Part shown: positions 42,175-42,227 of the stretch, piece by piece
How the letters are laid out: the number at the start of each line of letters is the position of its first letter
Position numbering within the stretch: position 1 is the first letter of the stretch
Source: a virus
Virus record (IMG/VR): IMGVR_UViG_3300019487_000012
Coordinates: 1 to 42,227 of that record
DNA: 42,227 nucleotides
Strand: one strand, 5' to 3'
The notes under the pieces: model-generated
Told to the model about the DNA's origin: nothing
What the model saw: only the letters and a program-made list of their open reading frames with translations
The model's database searches: none
Position numbers and translations under genes: made by a program

Positions 42175-42227
42175 AAATGCAATTTGAAAAAATATTAAAT
42201 ATATTACAAGCTTTAGAAGAAGAAGAA
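42105..42227. repeat. Second copy of the terminal redundancy (identical to 1-123)
   Basis: See feature 1..123. Bases 42177-42227 duplicate the start of ORF 73..285. Confidence 0.95.

Noticed and set aside
1-42227. Alternative genetic code or stop-codon reassignment
   Set aside because: Long uninterrupted ORFs with recognisable domains are obtained with the standard code. TAA, TAG and TGA are all used as terminators of well-supported genes: TGA at 749, TAA at 1912 and 4452, TAG at 11596.

Overview
The window is a complete, circularly closed genome of a tailed dsDNA phage. Bases 1-123 are identical to 42105-42227, so the unit length is about 42,104 bp. It looks podovirus-like: I see no tape-measure, sheath or tail-tube genes, and there are three internal-virion/ejection-type proteins. 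G+C is low, Shine-Dalgarno sites are clear, and gene starts and stops are tightly coupled (ATGA, TAATG, GTGA overlaps).

Layout:
- Rightward late arm, 33.2 kb to 42.17 kb, wrapping to 1-16.87 kb. It holds small unknown genes, large terminase, portal, scaffold, major capsid, a decoration-like protein and a terminator. After that come a glycosyltransferase, a methyltransferase and a second, fused glycosyltransferase-methyltransferase. Then come S/T-rich fibre proteins, adaptor-like proteins, a 1155-aa tail protein and the ejection proteins.
- Leftward early/replication arm, 31.0 kb down to 16.88 kb. It holds an SNF2 helicase, a Cas4-like PD-(D/E)XK nuclease and a Sak4-like AAA_24 ATPase with a DUF669-like SSB. 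It also holds MazG, a nucleoside 2-deoxyribosyltransferase-like protein, a DUF1599-like protein, a UDG-like/family A DNA polymerase fusion, a degenerate P-loop protein and a sigma-region-4-like regulator. Many zinc-ribbon microproteins are interspersed.
- A divergent control region of about 2.3 kb (31.0-33.3 kb) separates the arms. It is visibly richer in G+C than the rest.

The control region is the least explained part of the window. It contains an extreme AT tract flanked by an 11-bp inverted repeat, and about 430 nt of ORF-free sequence closed by a strong bidirectional terminator. It also contains one monocistronic foreign-looking gene, a 10-bp-phased TTAACT array, and a dense TAGTACT array.

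The main hunt results are this control region, the duplicated virion-module glycosyltransferase/methyltransferase set, and the nucleotide-metabolism cluster next to the UDG-like/PolA fusion.

I could not recognise an integrase, repressor, RNA polymerase, primase, tRNA, CRISPR array or endolysin. All family assignments come from motif recognition by eye, not from searches.
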